The notes under the pieces: model-generated
What the model was told of the DNA's origin: nothing
What the model saw: only the letters and a program-made list of their open reading frames with translations
Databases searched by the model: none
Position numbers and translations under genes: made by a program
Part shown: one piece after another, positions 60,188 through 64,000 of the stretch
How the letters are laid out: each line of letters opens with the position of its first letter
Numbering within the stretch: the stretch's first letter is position 1
DNA from: the human T2T-CHM13v2.0 reference genome, Homo sapiens
Direction: 5' to 3' (one strand)
DNA length: 64,000 nt
NCBI RefSeq assembly: GCF_009914755.1
Contig: NC_060939.1

Positions 60188-60339
60188 AAAAACTCAACAT
60201 TATAGTGTAAAAATAGACAACAAAAATAATGGTAATAGCTAACATTTGTTGTGTATTTGCTATGTGTTAGAGATCCTGTGTTAGCCATTTTATATTCATC
60301 AATGCATTTGATTCTTTCCATCACATCACAGTGTGGGAG

Positions 60340-60708
60340 TGTTATGGGCTGAATTATGTCCACTTCAAATTCATTGGTTGAAGTCTGAACCCCTAGAACC
60401 TTAGAATGTAATCGTTTTTGGAGATAAGCTCTTCAAAGAGGTAATTAAGTTAAAATGAGTCTGTTAGGGTGGGCCCTAATCCAATCTGACTGGTGTCAGA
60501 AATTTGGATACACAATACACCCGAAGTGTGTGTACACAGAGGAAAGGCCATGTGAGGATGCAAGCCAAGGACAGAGGCCTTCGAATGAAATCAACCTTGC
60601 CAACACTTTGAGCTTGGACTTCCAACCTCCAGAACTGTGAGAAGAAACAACTGTTTTTTTAAGCCACCCAGTCTGTGGTATTTTGTTTTGGCAGCCATAG
60701 CAAACACA
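60340..60708 (+). mobile_element. MaLR solo LTR (MLT1B/C-like) inserted in an antisense MIR
   Basis: tgttatgggctgaatt...gtaattaagttaaaatgag...aagccacccagtctgtggta; TSD GGGAG at 60335-60339 and 60709-60713. Confidence 0.88.
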
Positions 60709-61819
60709 GGGAGGCTGTTATCCCTACTTTGTAGCTGCAGTGACCAAACTATGGAAAGTCATTTCCCCATGATTGCATAGAAACCCACGGCAGAGTTGAT
60801 ATCCGGCCCTAAGTCACTACACTCCAGGGCCTTCTCAGAGTCCCTAAGGGTCCCAGAGACTATGAGGACACCTAAGGCATTAGTCCACTTGGGGTTGTAA
60901 AGATGATATGAAGAGGTGGTAGAAGGATGGGCTTGAGGGGCCCATGTAGAAGGCCAGTGGTATTTCCCAGGCCCTGCTTTCATTCAGAAATATGCCACTA
61001 ACTCATCTCTTTTTCCTATCTTACATTAGTAACATGAAGAAGAAATCCTACAGTTTCTCTCAAGATCAAAGGTGAAAATCTGTAAGTGTATTTTAAAACT
61101 CAGGAAATAGTCCATATTAAGATGATCAAAAAAGATTTATGAGGCTGCCTCCCTTGCTATAAATCATGTACTTTATGTTAAAAATGATTATTACCACCAC
61201 CCACATGGCAGCTGCGCTGAGTGTCACCGTGTCTGCAGCCCATCGGATCACCCCGCCATGAGCCCAGCTTCGCAGAGTGCACAGTTTTGGTTTTCCAGGG
61301 TATAACTCAGTGTCAGAAGAGTTTATGTGCTGCTTAAGCCCCTGCAGCCTAGAAATAGGAAACACACTCTAAATGCTGTAATTATATTTTTAGAGTGCTG
61401 GGTTTGTGCTAATAAATCAGATCAGAAAGCCTAGCAGGATTGGGACAAGTGCTAAAGACAATAATGTCAGGAATCTGGCCTCCTGCCACCCTGCTCAGCC
61501 CAGCAGATCCTAGCAAGGAGGGGATGGGAACCCACACATAGCAGGGGAGCCTAGGATGCAGCATCTGGATGCACGGTCACTGGAGAATTCCATAGGTCTG
61601 TCCCTTTTCATGAAGATGAGGGATTGACAAACACCTTCTGCTGACTGTGCTGGGGAAATTGGAAATATGAGGAAGATTTATGAATGAAACCTTCTTTTTA
61701 GTTCCCCTTTCTCTGCATCCTCATCCTTTCATTTTATTCCCATTTTTCTTATGAAAATGAATGACAAAAGAATGGGAAGAGAAGACTTTAATATCTGTAA
61801 AAATATATGCTGTGTGTGT

Positions 61820-61985
61820 TGTCAGGAGATCTGGATTTCAGTTCTGACTTTACCACTAACTGGTCATGTGACCTTGGAGAAGTCATTTTTACCTCTCTGG
61901 GCCTCTGTTTCTGACTCTATAAAAGCAAGGGGCTAGACTATCTAATTTCTAACATTTGATGATCTTAACTTCTCTAAGCTCTGTG
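61820..61985 (+). mobile_element. MIR-family SINE fragment
   Basis: gtcaggagatctggatttcagttctgactttaccactaactggtcatgtgaccttggagaagtca. Confidence 0.75.
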
Positions 61986-62413
61986 AAAGAATGTTGAAAG
62001 AGGTTGAAAGATATCAACTAGCATGCATTGTTGGTGTTAGGGTCAGACCCAAGAGAGTCCTTTGTTTTGACTGGACCTTTCTCCTCTCTGTTTTTTCCGG
62101 CTGTGTCCTCCTGGTTCCCACTGGTGGTAAGGACCTTACTGTTGGGCATTCTGTGGATCATGCTTCAAGGCATTTCTCAGTCCTAACCTTGACTGTCAAA
62201 CCTTACCAGTTCTGTATCTTATTCTCGTGTAGTATACGCAGGTGAAAGAAACAAAATGGACAAATGATTTTATAATAAGTAATAATTAATTTCCCCCAAA
62301 TGGCATCATTTTTCATGTGCCATAGCTTCTTCAGCCCAATAACCACTTATTGAGCACCCATCATGTGTAAAGCACTGTGCTATTGACTATAGGGATTTAG
62401 ATAGATAAGATGT

Positions 62414-62705
62414 GGCTGGGTGCAGTGGCTCACACCTGTAATCCCAGAACTTTGGGAGGCCAAGGCAGATGGATTGCTTGAGCTCAGGAGTCCAAGACCA
62501 GCCTGGGCACCATGATAAAACTCTATCTCTACAAAAAATACAAAAATTAGCTGAGTGTGGTGGTGCATGCCTGTAATCCCTGATACTCGGGAGGCTGAGG
62601 TAGGAGGATGACTTGAGCCTGGGAGGTGGAGGATGCAGTGAGCTGTATTGTGCCACTGCACTCCAGCCTGGGTGACAGAGCAAGATCTTGTTTTTTAAAA
62701 AAAAG
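62414..62705 (+). mobile_element. Alu (AluJ-like)
   Basis: Full dimer; short TSD AAGATGT; J-type ttgagcctgggaggtggagg..gcagtgagctg. Confidence 0.93.
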
Positions 62706-63462
62706 AAGATGTGGTCCCTGCTCTCTGGAGGGCACACTCTAGGGAGGGAGGCACACCCCTGATGGTGCTGCAAACAACTCTATGAAGAGAGGAGGAAAAC
62801 TGTGTTAAATTGGGTCTTGCTGGTTGAAAGGCAGCAGTGCACAGAAGGGAGGGTAGGCTGGTTGTTGGAAACCTATTGGATGAAGGCCAGGGAGAATTCA
62901 ACGTGTGTTTAAAAGAAAGGCAAGTAGTCTGGGTGGTGAGTAGATGAATTGGGTGTGAGGATGGGATTGGGAGAAGAGGAGCTGCAGTGGAAACAGAGTG
63001 ACTGGGGCTTTGAATGCCATGCTGAAGAAGCTGGGCTGCCTTCTCTAGGCAGTTGAGAGCCATTGAAGATGGGCTGAGTTCTGGCGAGCTGAAGCTGAGT
63101 TCTCCCTAGAATCCGGTGTGTTTAGAGGACTGGAGTTGGGGGTGCAGACCCAGCCATGGTCTATTTTTATGAGGAATCCAGAGTTCTAGACTTCAGAGGG
63201 CAGCACGAGCACTGAGAGGACACCCACGATGATACTATAACAAGTGGGATTGGGAGAGGGGACATTGGTAGCCTCATCAGGATAGCCCAGAAGTTTGGTT
63301 TTTGGTCACCTTGGAAACTCCTTTGGAGATTCTTGGGATGATTTGGGAGGAAAAAAAGGGGGCTGTAGGTTCTGTACAATGGGTGGGAGTAGAACCGGAG
63401 AAATGCTTTTGTGTGAATGTCACTGTCTCACTGGGAAGCAGTTGTAAGAGAAGAGAAGGGGG

Positions 63463-63850
63463 TGTATTAGTCCGTTTTCACACTGCTATAAAGAACTGCC
63501 CGAGACTGTGTAATTTACAAAGGAAGGAGGTTTAATGGACTCACAGTTCAGCACTGCTGGGGAAGCCTCAGAAACTTACAATCCTGGCAGAAGGTGAAGG
63601 GTTAGGCAAGGCACCTTCTTCACAAGGCAGCAGGAAGGAGAGGTGAACACAGAAGGAACTACCAAACATTTATAAAACCATCAGATCTTGCGAGAACTCA
63701 CTCACTATCACGAGAAGAGCATGGGGGAAATCACCCCCATGATTCAATTACCTTCACCAGGTCTCTTCCTTGACACATGGGGATTATGGGGATTGTGGGG
63801 ATTAAAATTCAAGGTCAGATTTTATGTGGAGACACACCCAAGCCATATCA
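63463..63850 (-). mobile_element. THE1 (THE1C-like) MaLR solo LTR
   Basis: tgtattagtccgttttcacactgctataaagaactgcc...caagccatatca. Confidence 0.93.
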
Positions 63851-64000
63851 GGGATGTTCTAAGGGCAGTGAAACAGGGCAGTGGCCCTGGGAGAAAAGGG
63901 CACTGATGACTAAGACTTTGTGGAGCCACAGGGATGGGGATGTGGCCCTTTTAGTCACACCTGTGGTGGTGGTGGTGGGGTGGGGTACTTGTTTGGCCTC

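Overview
Human (or very close primate) genomic DNA at the ONECUT1 (HNF6) locus, which I recognise from the protein as chr15q21. The gene runs on the minus strand. Coding exon 1 is 5087-6191 (His tract plus CUT domain). The start of the intron is 1-5086, and the homeodomain exon lies outside the window. Bases ~300-22750 form a chain of CpG-rich islands with no Alu or L1 that I could find. They carry many liver/pancreas transcription-factor motifs (ONECUT, HNF1, HNF4/DR1, STAT5/BCL6, NRF1, NF-Y). From ~24 kb onward the sequence is AT-rich, gene-free and dense in repeats: three L1PA elements, 11 Alus, several MaLR/ERVL solo LTRs, MIR/L2 and hAT fossils, many nested with readable target-site duplications (TSDs). 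The most notable observations are five. (1) An apparently decayed human counterpart of the rodent HNF-6beta linker exon at ~2230-2313. (2) A three-part uORF arrangement in the ONECUT1 leader. (3) Enrichment of ONECUT's own motif around its gene. (4) A splice-signal chain suggesting a minus-strand lncRNA from the ~22 kb island. (5) An intact L1 ORF0 in an otherwise dead L1, pointing toward ONECUT1. I found no evidence for a wholly new multi-gene system. Motif calls and repeat subfamily names are by eye and need computational confirmation.
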